Source: a virus
Lineage: Duplodnaviria > Caudoviricetes
DNA: 48,144 bases
Strand: one strand, 5' to 3'
IMG/VR virus record: IMGVR_UViG_3300037755_000147
Location: 1-48,144 of that record
Shown here: piece after piece, positions 8,370 through 15,617 of the stretch
How positions within the stretch are numbered: position 1 is the stretch's first letter
Layout: every line of letters begins with the position of its first letter
The notes under the pieces: model-generated
What the model was told of the DNA's origin: nothing
The model's database searches: none
The model's input: only the letters and a program-made list of their open reading frames with translations
Made by a program: the position numbers and the translations under genes

Positions 8370-8828
8370 CTATGCTGCTGTGGTGGAGAGGCGGCGCTTA
8401 GCCTCGCGGGCGCAGTCGAATGCGGTCACCCGCCAGTTGCCCCGTTCGTCCCTCGCGGTGTACAGCCCGCTGGACTCCCACTCCTGGCGAATCTTTATCT
8501 TCATGTTCACGAGGGCGCGCTCCTCTTTGGATACTTCCGGACGCTCAGGCTTGGGCAACACCTGCTGGCCGCGCCTGTTCGGGTGCAGCCGTCCGCTGCA
8601 ATGCTCGGCAATCTCGCCAATCATGGGCCACTTGCGGGACTTGCGGGACTGGATTAGCGACGATATGCCTTCCGTAAGCTCCCACTGGTCGAAGGGCCGT
8701 AGCTGCTCGCAATACAGCTCCACCATGGCCGAATAAGCCGGGTCCGACTTCGCGTGCGGTAACTCGTAACCGGCCGCCATGAGCTTAGACAACACGCAGG
8801 TGATAACTACTTCCCGGCTGCTCGCCAT
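8370..8828 (-). CDS. Putative helicase loader/inhibitor (lambda P / G39P position)
   Basis: Y..QLRPF...KWPMIGEI motif; directly after the replication protein. Confidence 0.55.
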   Translation of the reverse strand: MASSREVVITCVLSKLMAAGYELPHAKSDPAYSAMVELYCEQLRPFDQWELTEGISSLIQSRKSRKWPMIGEIAEHCSGRLHPNRRGQQVLPKPERPEVSKEERALVNMKIKIRQEWESSGLYTARDERGNWRVTAFDCAREAKRRLSTTAA

Positions 8829-9138
8829 TCTGCCTTTCCTCTTCGTCCGCACGTTTGGCCGCATTCAACAGGGCGTCGTCTATCGCGGTGCCCGGTGTGT
8901 CGTATTCGTCCGACCACTGCTCGCCGTTAAGCCATGAACTTGGATGGGGGCAGAATTGAATCCGTCCATCCCAGGGTTCGGCGGCGATGAAGCGCGCAAG
9001 GCCGGTCATGATTTCTTCATGCGTCGCTTTCTTCCGCGCCCGCTCGTAACACTGCCGGGCATAGCCCTTCTTCACGCGACGGGGGTAGCAGGACCAGAAC
9101 TGCTCGAAGTCAGCAACGCCTCCATACTTGGTGCCCAT
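8785..9138 (-). CDS. Replication initiator, C-terminal-domain-only protein
   Basis: FEQFWSCYPRRVKK...FCPHPSSWLNGEQWSDE motif of phage replisome-organiser C-termini; own AGGAG RBS; in-frame TAG 12 nt upstream, so no N-terminal HTH. Confidence 0.8.
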   Translation of the reverse strand: MGTKYGGVADFEQFWSCYPRRVKKGYARQCYERARKKATHEEIMTGLARFIAAEPWDGRIQFCPHPSSWLNGEQWSDEYDTPGTAIDDALLNAAKRADEEERQNGEQPGSSYHLRVV

Positions 9139-9159
9139 ATAAGTCTCCTACTTCGCTTC

Positions 9160-9405
9160 AGTCATAGGTGGGACCCACCCGTAAGGAACCCCTACAGCCC
9201 ACCCCTTCCAGCATTGACGCCCTTTTTCCGTAGCCTGTTATCAAGTGCTCGTATCGTGAGCTAGACGCCGTGTTCCTATTCGGGAGAACTTGTTTCTGAT
9301 TTGGCCGGTGCAAGCCGCATCAACTCCGGGTCCCATCTAGAGTGGCTACAACTTGGCTTTCCTGACGCCGGGGATAGGACCCGGACAGCAGCGGGAGCCA
9401 AGAAC
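9160..9405 (-). ncRNA. Candidate structured ncRNA or structured origin element
   Basis: No long ORF; at least six stems, with mismatches that are G-U wobbles only on the minus strand (see findings). Confidence 0.55.
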
Positions 9406-9417
9406 CGTGGGCGACGA

Positions 9418-9446
9418 TTGACAAAGGAGAGACGTTGCGGTACCGT
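9418..9446 (+). promoter_or_regulatory. Antisense sigma70 promoter (pO/oop-like)
   Basis: TTGACA-N17-TACCGT; overlapped by near-palindrome CGTTGCGGTACCGTAACG (9433-9450). Confidence 0.65.
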
Positions 9447-9475
9447 AACGAACCTTCATTTCGATAGTGCAACGA

Positions 9476-9510
9476 AAGGGCTCGGGGACCTCGCCAGGAC
9501 CGGGCCTTTT
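9476..9510 (+). terminator. Intrinsic terminator of a short antisense RNA
   Basis: AAGGGCTCGG...CCGGGCCTTTT stem about 25 nt after the predicted start. Confidence 0.6.
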
Positions 9511-9594
9511 CTCTGTCTAATTCTACCCAAAACCACGAGAACATCACAGCAACAAATGCTGTTTTATCCTTGTGGCTTAAGGGCATAGCGTACA

Positions 9595-9960
9595 TTACTC
9601 CGCCGCCTCCCGCATGTCGTCCAGCACCGCATCGATCAGCCCGTCGCGCAACACCGCGTCAATCAGCCGCCGGGCCAGCGCCGCCTCAACGATGCCGCGC
9701 GCCGCGGCAGCAGGCGCCAGGCCTTCCACCACCGCCGCCGGGCAGCGCAGCACCATGCCGCCTCTCCGCCGACACCCGCAGCGACGTGCCGCCGGCATCC
9801 GCCGGCCGGTATTGCGGGCATATTCCGCAAGGCGGCAAACTTGGCGACGCGACAAGCCCAGCTGCCCCGCGACCTGGGCGAAGGTCAGCCCATTCATGAG
9901 CAGCGCCGCGACCGCATCGGTTTTGGTCGCAAAGCCATGGAATTGCTCGGTTGCCCTCAT
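9595..9960 (-). CDS. HTH DNA-binding protein
   Basis: GLTFAQVAGQLGLSRRQVCRL; C-terminal DGLIDAVLDD. Confidence 0.7.
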   Translation of the reverse strand: MRATEQFHGFATKTDAVAALLMNGLTFAQVAGQLGLSRRQVCRLAEYARNTGRRMPAARRCGCRRRGGMVLRCPAAVVEGLAPAAAARGIVEAALARRLIDAVLRDGLIDAVLDDMREAAE

Positions 9961-10253
9961 GCCGCGCCTCCCGTCTGGTCATTGTCGTCAATCAAATCCG
10001 CGAGTCGCTGCGCCACTGCCTCGATATGCTTGGCAAGGCCATGGTGGGCCACGGCAATCGATTCCAGGGCGTCCCGCAGCTCCATCAGCGCATTGACTGT
10101 CACCTCCCTGGACGGCTGGCTGTGCGGAATCCCCCTGCCCATGCCCAGGGCCTCCAGGGCGTCGGTGTCGCCGTCTGAGAGCCCGCGCAGGCCGTCCAGG
10201 CGTACTTCGCGCGGGCGGGGGTGAAGTCGGGTGATTTTGGAATCGTCAGGCAC
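9957..10253 (-). CDS. Hypothetical protein
   Basis: 98-aa coupled ORF. Confidence 0.6.
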   Translation of the reverse strand: MPDDSKITRLHPRPREVRLDGLRGLSDGDTDALEALGMGRGIPHSQPSREVTVNALMELRDALESIAVAHHGLAKHIEAVAQRLADLIDDNDQTGGAA

Positions 10254-11019
10254 AGGCTGCCTCCGGCGCTGGGTAGTAAACGGACGCGATATGGCGAGAT
10301 AGATCAGCCGGTATCTTGGCTATCATGGCGGAGGCGTGCTTGCGGGCCAGAGACTTGCTGCTGGTCATGCGGGAGATTGACGGTTGCTTGTCGTTGAACC
10401 AGTCTCCACCGCACTTGATGCCCTCCATTGCATGCCGCCCAGCAATGCGCGTGAAGTCCTGCCCGCGCTTGGTCTGGTCGCTCCAGTTCATGCCGCTGGA
10501 TTTGAACCCGCCAGCCGTCATCGGCATCAGCGCCGGCACATCGCCCCAAAGGTAATAACTGCCGTAGTTCCATGCCGCGCGGCCGGCCCAGGGCTGTGCG
10601 CCGCGGACGTTCTCCACCACCATCGGGATATGCTGCCCGGCCGCCTGGCAGGCCTCTTGCTGAAGCCTGAAGCAAGCGTTGAATAGAGCGTTCAATTCCT
10701 CGGTCGTGCGCGACCCGCTATAGCCCTCCGGGAAGTCGTCCTTACCCCGCAGCGCCCGCGCAATCTGCTTGGCCCGGCTCCACGGCATGGCCATGTAGCT
10801 GTATTCCTGGCATGGCGGCGACGCTACAATGAGGTCCGCGCCCTTGAACTGCGATCCATGCAGGGTCAGCACGTCTTGCACGACAAGTTGGGCCGGGTAG
10901 CGCTCCTCGCCGTAGACGTGCCGCTCGATGTCAAATCCGATCACGTCCCACCCTTCGGCGAGGAGGCCCTCAGCCCAGCCTCCAAGGCCGCAGAAGAGGT
11001 CTATGGCGAGCGGCTTCAT
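10246..11019 (-). CDS. DNA cytosine-C5 methyltransferase
   Basis: ATG 11019; DLFCGLGG (I), SPPCQ (IV), ENV (VI). Confidence 0.85.
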   Translation of the reverse strand: MKPLAIDLFCGLGGWAEGLLAEGWDVIGFDIERHVYGEERYPAQLVVQDVLTLHGSQFKGADLIVASPPCQEYSYMAMPWSRAKQIARALRGKDDFPEGYSGSRTTEELNALFNACFRLQQEACQAAGQHIPMVVENVRGAQPWAGRAAWNYGSYYLWGDVPALMPMTAGGFKSSGMNWSDQTKRGQDFTRIAGRHAMEGIKCGGDWFNDKQPSISRMTSSKSLARKHASAMIAKIPADLSRHIASVYYPAPEAACA

Positions 11020-11387
11020 CCCTGCCCCCGTGCATGCATCTTCCGCTTTGGCCAAGCGCTTTGGCCTTCTGGGCGGGGCTGGAAGGGGCGACCGGCAATG
11101 CGCTTCTTGGGACCGGTCTTGGTCTGTCCGGTCAGGCGGCGGACTTTCGCGATGGCATGAATATCGCTGCCGTAGGTGGTGGCCTTGGTGCCGTTCGTCT
11201 TCTTGTTGGCGCAGGGTGTGCACAGCAAGCAATCGGGCTTCTGGTCATTGCCGAGGGCGACGGGAAGGGTGTGCTCCCCAATGCAGCCCCGGTATGGCAT
11301 CCTCTCGCCACAGGCTGCGCAGACTCTCCCTTGGCCCTCGTACATGGCCCGGCGTTCTTTGGGTGTCAGATATTTGCGCCGCGTCAT
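11016..11387 (-). CDS. HNH-family endonuclease
   Basis: ATG 11387; CAACG...EHTLPVALG...LCTPCANKKT. Confidence 0.75.
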   Translation of the reverse strand: MTRRKYLTPKERRAMYEGQGRVCAACGERMPYRGCIGEHTLPVALGNDQKPDCLLCTPCANKKTNGTKATTYGSDIHAIAKVRRLTGQTKTGPKKRIAGRPFQPRPEGQSAWPKRKMHARGQG

Positions 11388-11902
11388 CCCGCCACCTTGT
11401 CGCCATAGTCCTTGCGCGGCAGGTAGCAGCGGGCGGCGTGCGTATCGCAATACGCCCTGCCATCAGGCACGATAGGCGCGTCGCAGAAACCGAAATCAGG
11501 CTTGCCGGGCGTCCCGTGCGGAAACTGGCAAGTCTTGGGCCGCCAGATCACGTCACTGGGCCGCGCGGGGCGCACCAGGACGGGCTTGGGCGGTTGCTGG
11601 GGTGTCTGGGGCATGGGCAGGGCCGTCATTGCTTCCCGGCCTCTCGCGCGGCCCACCAGCTTAGGCTTGGGTGCCTTCTTCGGCTTCGGGCCGGGCTTAG
11701 CGGCACTCTCGGCGCGGCGCGACGGCCGTCCAATCGGGCGCTTGCCGGATAGCCGCAGGCGGTCACACCGGCCAGCAACCTTGCTCCTGGAGAAGCCCAG
11801 CCGCTCGGCAATCACCATGTAGGTCAGCCCCTCGGCGTACATTTCTGTCAGCCGGGCATCGTCCTCGGCGGACCATGTGGTGATGGTGCGGCGGGCGCTC
11901 AT
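11384..11902 (-). CDS. gcrA: GcrA-family cell-cycle regulator homolog
   Basis: ATG 11902; WSAEDDARLTEMYAEGLT...SRSKVAGRCDRL and CQFPHGTPG...FCDAP...YCDTH. Confidence 0.85.
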   Translation of the reverse strand: MSARRTITTWSAEDDARLTEMYAEGLTYMVIAERLGFSRSKVAGRCDRLRLSGKRPIGRPSRRAESAAKPGPKPKKAPKPKLVGRARGREAMTALPMPQTPQQPPKPVLVRPARPSDVIWRPKTCQFPHGTPGKPDFGFCDAPIVPDGRAYCDTHAARCYLPRKDYGDKVAG

Positions 11903-12207
11903 TCCAGAACCTCTTCGCGAGGCGTCCATGTCTTGTCTTTGAGCTGATACCAGCCGTGCAGCACCACCTTGCCGACAGACAGCAGCAGGGGCAGATTTTC
12001 GCTCTCCAGCATCTTCGCCTTACGGGTCGATTTGTGGGTGTGGTCGGTCACCTGAATGAAGTGGGGCGGTTCTCCTTCCTTCAAGGCGATCACGTCGATG
12101 ATCCCGAGGAAGTCCTTGGAGACGTAACGGCTGATGCGCCGCTCCACGATATCGGCAACGAAGCCGAGGGCCTCCATGTGTTTGATTGTGCGGGCCGTGG
12201 GGGTCAT
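11899..12207 (-). CDS. PD-(D/E)xK-like nuclease / Holliday-junction resolvase-like protein
   Basis: VERRI...KDFLGIIDVIAL...FIQVT. Confidence 0.6.
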   Translation of the reverse strand: MTPTARTIKHMEALGFVADIVERRISRYVSKDFLGIIDVIALKEGEPPHFIQVTDHTHKSTRKAKMLESENLPLLLSVGKVVLHGWYQLKDKTWTPREEVLE

Positions 12208-12596
12208 GTTTTGATGACTTCGATGGAACGGTTTTGGTGTGGGAGCATCCGGATGCGGCCCCTATCCACCAGTCCGCGCACTATACGGTGGACCCCGCTT
12301 TTGCTACGCAAACCAAGCGCCCGCATGATCTCTACATAGCTTGGCGAGTAGCTGTGCTCCTCAATATACGAGGCGATGAAAGACATGGCGCTCGCCTGCT
12401 GCTGTGTCATCCCGACAGCCCAAGCGGACGTCTCCATCAAAAGACGTGGCCTTGGTGATATCCATGTCGGGCTGGCGTCGCTCACGGGTTCGGCCGGCAA
12501 CGGCTGCCCGAATTCCATACATGATAGGTCGCGGCGCCAAGCCTCTATGATATCGCGGTACGGCTCATTGGCCGGGTCGATTGGACGGTCCAGCAT
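12204..12596 (-). CDS. LexA-type DNA-binding-domain protein
   Basis: FIASYIEEHSYSPSYVEIMRALGLRSKSGVHRIVRGLVDRGRI. Confidence 0.8.
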   Translation of the reverse strand: MLDRPIDPANEPYRDIIEAWRRDLSCMEFGQPLPAEPVSDASPTWISPRPRLLMETSAWAVGMTQQQASAMSFIASYIEEHSYSPSYVEIMRALGLRSKSGVHRIVRGLVDRGRIRMLPHQNRSIEVIKT

Positions 12597-12841
12597 CACC
12601 ACCCCCACCGCCCGCCGCCTTCAACGGCCGCCGCAGCCTCGTCGTCCTCACCCTCGAAAGGGTCACCGGCCACAAAGATCGCAGTCGAGTACAGCGCCAC
12701 CAGTCCAACCAGAAGAAGTACAGCCGCAGAAGCGCCCAGAAAGAGATAGGCGCCCACCAGCGCCGCGATAAAGCCTGCCACGACCATCCATGCGCCAATG
12801 ATCAGCGCGGTCCAAACCAGAGTTTTTCGAACGGTAGTCAT
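12596..12841 (-). CDS. Small membrane protein
   Basis: ATG 12841 after GGAGG; two hydrophobic segments, acidic tail. Confidence 0.65.
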   Translation of the reverse strand: MTTVRKTLVWTALIIGAWMVVAGFIAALVGAYLFLGASAAVLLLVGLVALYSTAIFVAGDPFEGEDDEAAAAVEGGGRWGW

Positions 12842-12851
12842 CGGCACCTCC

Positions 12852-12888
12852 AAAAAATCCCCGGTCAGCGCGAAGCCGACCGGGGGAG
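12852..12888 (-). terminator. Intrinsic terminator (tR-like)
   Basis: CCCCGGTCGGC-TTCG-CGCTGACCGGGG followed by ATTTTTT. Confidence 0.8.
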
Positions 12889-12969
12889 TTTGAACAGGGA
12901 GGTTCACGTCGCGAGACGTAGGACGGGCTGACCCGCCCTCTTTCCAGCGCAGGGGAGCGCAGGGAAGCT

Positions 12970-13313
12970 CGGTATTGGTGGCCAAGTAGAGAGGAGCCAC
13001 CAAGGTCATCGCGGACCACCCTCGGCTTGATGGGCGGGTTTCGGGACGGCTTTTGGCTTCGTCAGCAACTTGCGCCGCGCCCACTGATCAAGCGCGTTGG
13101 CGATGATATGCTCGCGCGGGCAGGCCGCCTCGCAGATGCGCAGTTCGTCGCGAATGAACCGCTCCAAGTCGAGCATCTCGCGGTAGGTCATTCTGAGCAG
13201 ATTGTCAGCGGCCCACTTCACATGGAGTTCGCTCATGTCCCTGCCCCCGCCCGCACACAGCGCGCCGCCGGGCCGGTATTGGTGGCCAAGTAGAGAGGAG
13301 CCATCAAGGTCAT
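12970..13313. repeat. 40-bp direct repeat (12970-13009 and 13274-13313)
   Basis: 39/40 identical. Confidence 0.95.
13006..13236 (-). CDS. Hypothetical protein
   Basis: ATG 13236, MSELHVKWAADNLL...; 76 aa. Confidence 0.65.
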   Translation of the reverse strand: MSELHVKWAADNLLRMTYREMLDLERFIRDELRICEAACPREHIIANALDQWARRKLLTKPKAVPKPAHQAEGGPR

Positions 13314-13685
13314 GCTGCTGTCTTCCGCTTTTCGGTCGCGGGCACGACACTCGCCATGCGCAGCAGTTCAAGTACAATCTTTCCAGCAGGGGTCGGGCGA
13401 TAGATCCATTTGATTTTTGCCCAACCTCCAGCAGCCTTTACGTCCTGGCATTTCGAGTTGTGCTCCACCAAGCCGCGCGATATCAGACCCCTGACGGTCG
13501 GAACCATGAAGTTGCGCCCGGATGCGCTGGACCAGTCATGGTGAGCGCCCATATCGATGAAGTGCAGCAGCGTCGCCTGGTTGGCGGATAGTGTTAGGGC
13601 GAATGCTATGCCTGTTGTCGAGGCCGCGAAGTTGGCTTGCCACTCGCCCATCGCTATGCTCCCGCCCGCACACAGCGCGCCGCCG
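13246..13685. repeat. 25-bp exact direct repeat (13246-13270 and 13661-13685)
   Basis: CCCGCCCGCACACAGCGCGCCGCCG occurs twice. Confidence 0.95.
13310..13651 (-). CDS. Hypothetical protein (winged-helix-like)
   Basis: LSANQATLL...TVRGLISRGLVEH...YRPTPAGK. Confidence 0.65.
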   Translation of the reverse strand: MGEWQANFAASTTGIAFALTLSANQATLLHFIDMGAHHDWSSASGRNFMVPTVRGLISRGLVEHNSKCQDVKAAGGWAKIKWIYRPTPAGKIVLELLRMASVVPATEKRKTAA

Positions 13686-14124
13686 CAGCCAGCAAGCGCG
13701 GCAGAAACTTGGTGGAGAGTTCCTTGCGCTCCCGGTGGTCAAGCAGGCCATCACGCAGGAAGTCGGCGTAGGCCTTGCCAGTGCGGGCAATCTCGTAGTG
13801 CGTCTGGTGGTAGCAGCCCGGTTCCGCCTCAGTGCGGCGGACTCCGGACAAGCCCAAAAAAGAGAAGTACTCCGTCACCGCTTCGTCGGGCAGGCAAAGC
13901 AGCAGCCGCATGGCAAGGTCATGCCCCACCCGGCCATTCTGTGCCGCGTAGACAGAGCCAATCGAGCAGTCCGCGCGTTGCGCCACGTCCTCGACACTGA
14001 CCGACTTCCCGCAGCCGACATGGCGCGTGAGCAGATCGGCGAGCGTTTGCGTGGAACTCAAATATTCACCATTTTTTTGCATTTTCTTGCTCCCTCTTCG
14101 ACCCCTAGTTTCGTGGGATGACAT
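13654..14124 (-). CDS. CII-like regulator
   Basis: HTH (SVEDVAQRADCSIGSVY) and DGLLDHRERKEL C-terminal motif; downstream of cro. Confidence 0.6.
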   Translation of the reverse strand: MSSHETRGRRGSKKMQKNGEYLSSTQTLADLLTRHVGCGKSVSVEDVAQRADCSIGSVYAAQNGRVGHDLAMRLLLCLPDEAVTEYFSFLGLSGVRRTEAEPGCYHQTHYEIARTGKAYADFLRDGLLDHRERKELSTKFLPRLLAAAARCVRAGA

Positions 14125-14398
14125 TCAGATCGTTCGGACAACTCGCGGAAGAACTGGTGGCCCGGCTGCGGGTGGCGCGTGAGGCGCCGGACTTATCCCC
14201 AGGGTTATCCATAGGCCGTGACACAAAAGTGACTTCCGAGGATGGTCGGCTACTTGATTTCGCTATCACAGATTGTTTAGGATTGGAGGAAGCGCAGCGG
14301 AACGCTGTCAACCGGGGGGTTGGACAAGACGAAGGGATCGCATCGAAGTGTCCGCAAACCTTCACGTCGTTGCCTCTAACCATCCCTTCGCCCTCCGC

Positions 14399-14620
14399 TC
14401 AGGCCGCCGAACGGCTAAAGAGCCGCTCATTAAACGGGTGCCCCTCCGCCTCGCAGGCGGACTTGATGTCCCGAAAAAGAAGCAGGCTGTCCGGAAAGGT
14501 GTTCGTCCTTCGCCAGTTGCTTACCCGGCTAGGAAGAAGCCCAAAGCGCGCCGCAAAGGCGCCGGTGCCACCGAAGGCGTCGACGACGGAAGAGACGGTA
14601 ATTTGACGGGTGTTGCTCAT
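14399..14620 (-). CDS. cro: Cro-like repressor
   Basis: VVDAFGGTGAFAARFGLLPSRVSNWRR; divergent from cI; -10 box 8 nt from ATG suggests a leaderless mRNA. Confidence 0.8.
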   Translation of the reverse strand: MSNTRQITVSSVVDAFGGTGAFAARFGLLPSRVSNWRRTNTFPDSLLLFRDIKSACEAEGHPFNERLFSRSAA

Positions 14621-14628
14621 AAGGATGG

Positions 14629-14668
14629 AGTATATTCAAGTAGCTTGAAGATTGTCAAGCTGCTTGAA
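14629..14668 (-). promoter_or_regulatory. pR promoter with two operators (OR)
   Basis: TTGACA-N18-TATACT (14658-14629); TTCAAGTAGCTTGAA 14635-14649 and GTCAAGCTGCTTGAA 14654-14668. Confidence 0.8.
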
Positions 14669-14710
14669 GAAGAAATGACATGCCCGCGGTTTACCGGTTT
14701 CCTTGGGGGT

Positions 14711-15019
14711 ATGTCCCAGGCCAAGAGAAAAACCGCGACGCCTACCAGCCCCCGCAGCACCGACGCTATCGGCGCCCGGCTGTTAACCACTCGCGAGGTC
14801 TTGGGATATGACGGCCGGCAACAGGCGTCCTATGCCAACCAGGCCGGCATTGCGCCGAATCGCTATAACCAGTGGGAACGTGGCCACGTCCGAATCAACC
14901 TGGACGGCGCCATGCAGCTCTGCCTACGGTATGGCCTGACCCTTGACTGGATCTACTTCGGCGACCGTTCCTGCCTGCCGTCCAGGATCGCTGAGAAGCT
15001 ACCCCCCGAAACCCTCTAA
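14711..15019 (+). CDS. cI: CI-like XRE repressor (HTH only, 102 aa)
   Basis: IGARL...QASYANQAGIAPNRYNQWERG...LTLDWIYFGD; flanked by operator pairs. Confidence 0.85.
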   Translation: MSQAKRKTATPTSPRSTDAIGARLLTTREVLGYDGRQQASYANQAGIAPNRYNQWERGHVRINLDGAMQLCLRYGLTLDWIYFGDRSCLPSRIAEKLPPETL

Positions 15020-15060
15020 TCTCCTGCCCGCCTAGCTGGCGCTTTTGCTTGCCAGCAATA

Positions 15061-15112
15061 TTCAAGCTGTCTGAATTTTGTGCTTGCAATCTTCAACTGG
15101 CTTGAATATATT
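15061..15112 (+). promoter_or_regulatory. pL promoter with two operators (OL)
   Basis: TTGCAA-N17-TATATT (15084-15112); TTCAAGCTGTCTGAA 15061-15075 and TTCAACTGGCTTGAA 15092-15106. Confidence 0.8.
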
Positions 15113-15144
15113 TGCTCTATCGACCCCATGATGGAGCAGTAGAG

Positions 15145-15591
15145 ATGACGCCAGTAGAAGCCGCCACCGCGTACCGCGAGTTCCTGAAGTCCGTTGGCCC
15201 GGACGCGAACATTTATGTGTCGCTGAACGTCGGGATATTCGAGGCCCGGAAGGGCACTCTACACGCGATGCTGTATCCGGCTGGCATCTGCCACAGTAGC
15301 GGCTACGTGTCCGCCGACGCCGACACCTTCGAGGACTTGCTGGCTGCAATCGGCTCTGTTTGGGCCGAGTCCGCCGACCGCAACCGCGCCGAGCGAGTCC
15401 GCAAGATGGCGCTGGAGATCATCCGCATCACTGCCGAGCAGGGCGCCTGCACCGACGCAGCGCTGCGAGCCGACGAGTTCACCGCCGACGAGGTAAGCCG
15501 CTACAGCGAGGCCGCCATTGCCGACGCGAACGAAATCGCGAGCAACGGCCCGTTCAGCATCGTGCGGCTTGCCGGCGCCAACGCGGCCTAA
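15145..15591 (+). CDS. Hypothetical protein (first pL gene)
   Basis: ATG 15145 after GGAG. Confidence 0.7.
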   Translation: MTPVEAATAYREFLKSVGPDANIYVSLNVGIFEARKGTLHAMLYPAGICHSSGYVSADADTFEDLLAAIGSVWAESADRNRAERVRKMALEIIRITAEQGACTDAALRADEFTADEVSRYSEAAIADANEIASNGPFSIVRLAGANAA

Positions 15592-15617
15592 CCACCCCAC
15601 TATGGAGCAGTAGAGCG

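Noticed and set aside
9320-9595. 91-aa minus-strand ORF as the missing initiator N-terminus
   Set aside because: No HTH-like pattern, ends about 180 nt before the initiator gene, and overlaps promoter/terminator signals; cannot be fully excluded as a small gene
14273-14710. N-terminal extension of CI to 248 aa
   Set aside because: Overlaps cro and the operators; the HTH protein plausibly starts at 14711
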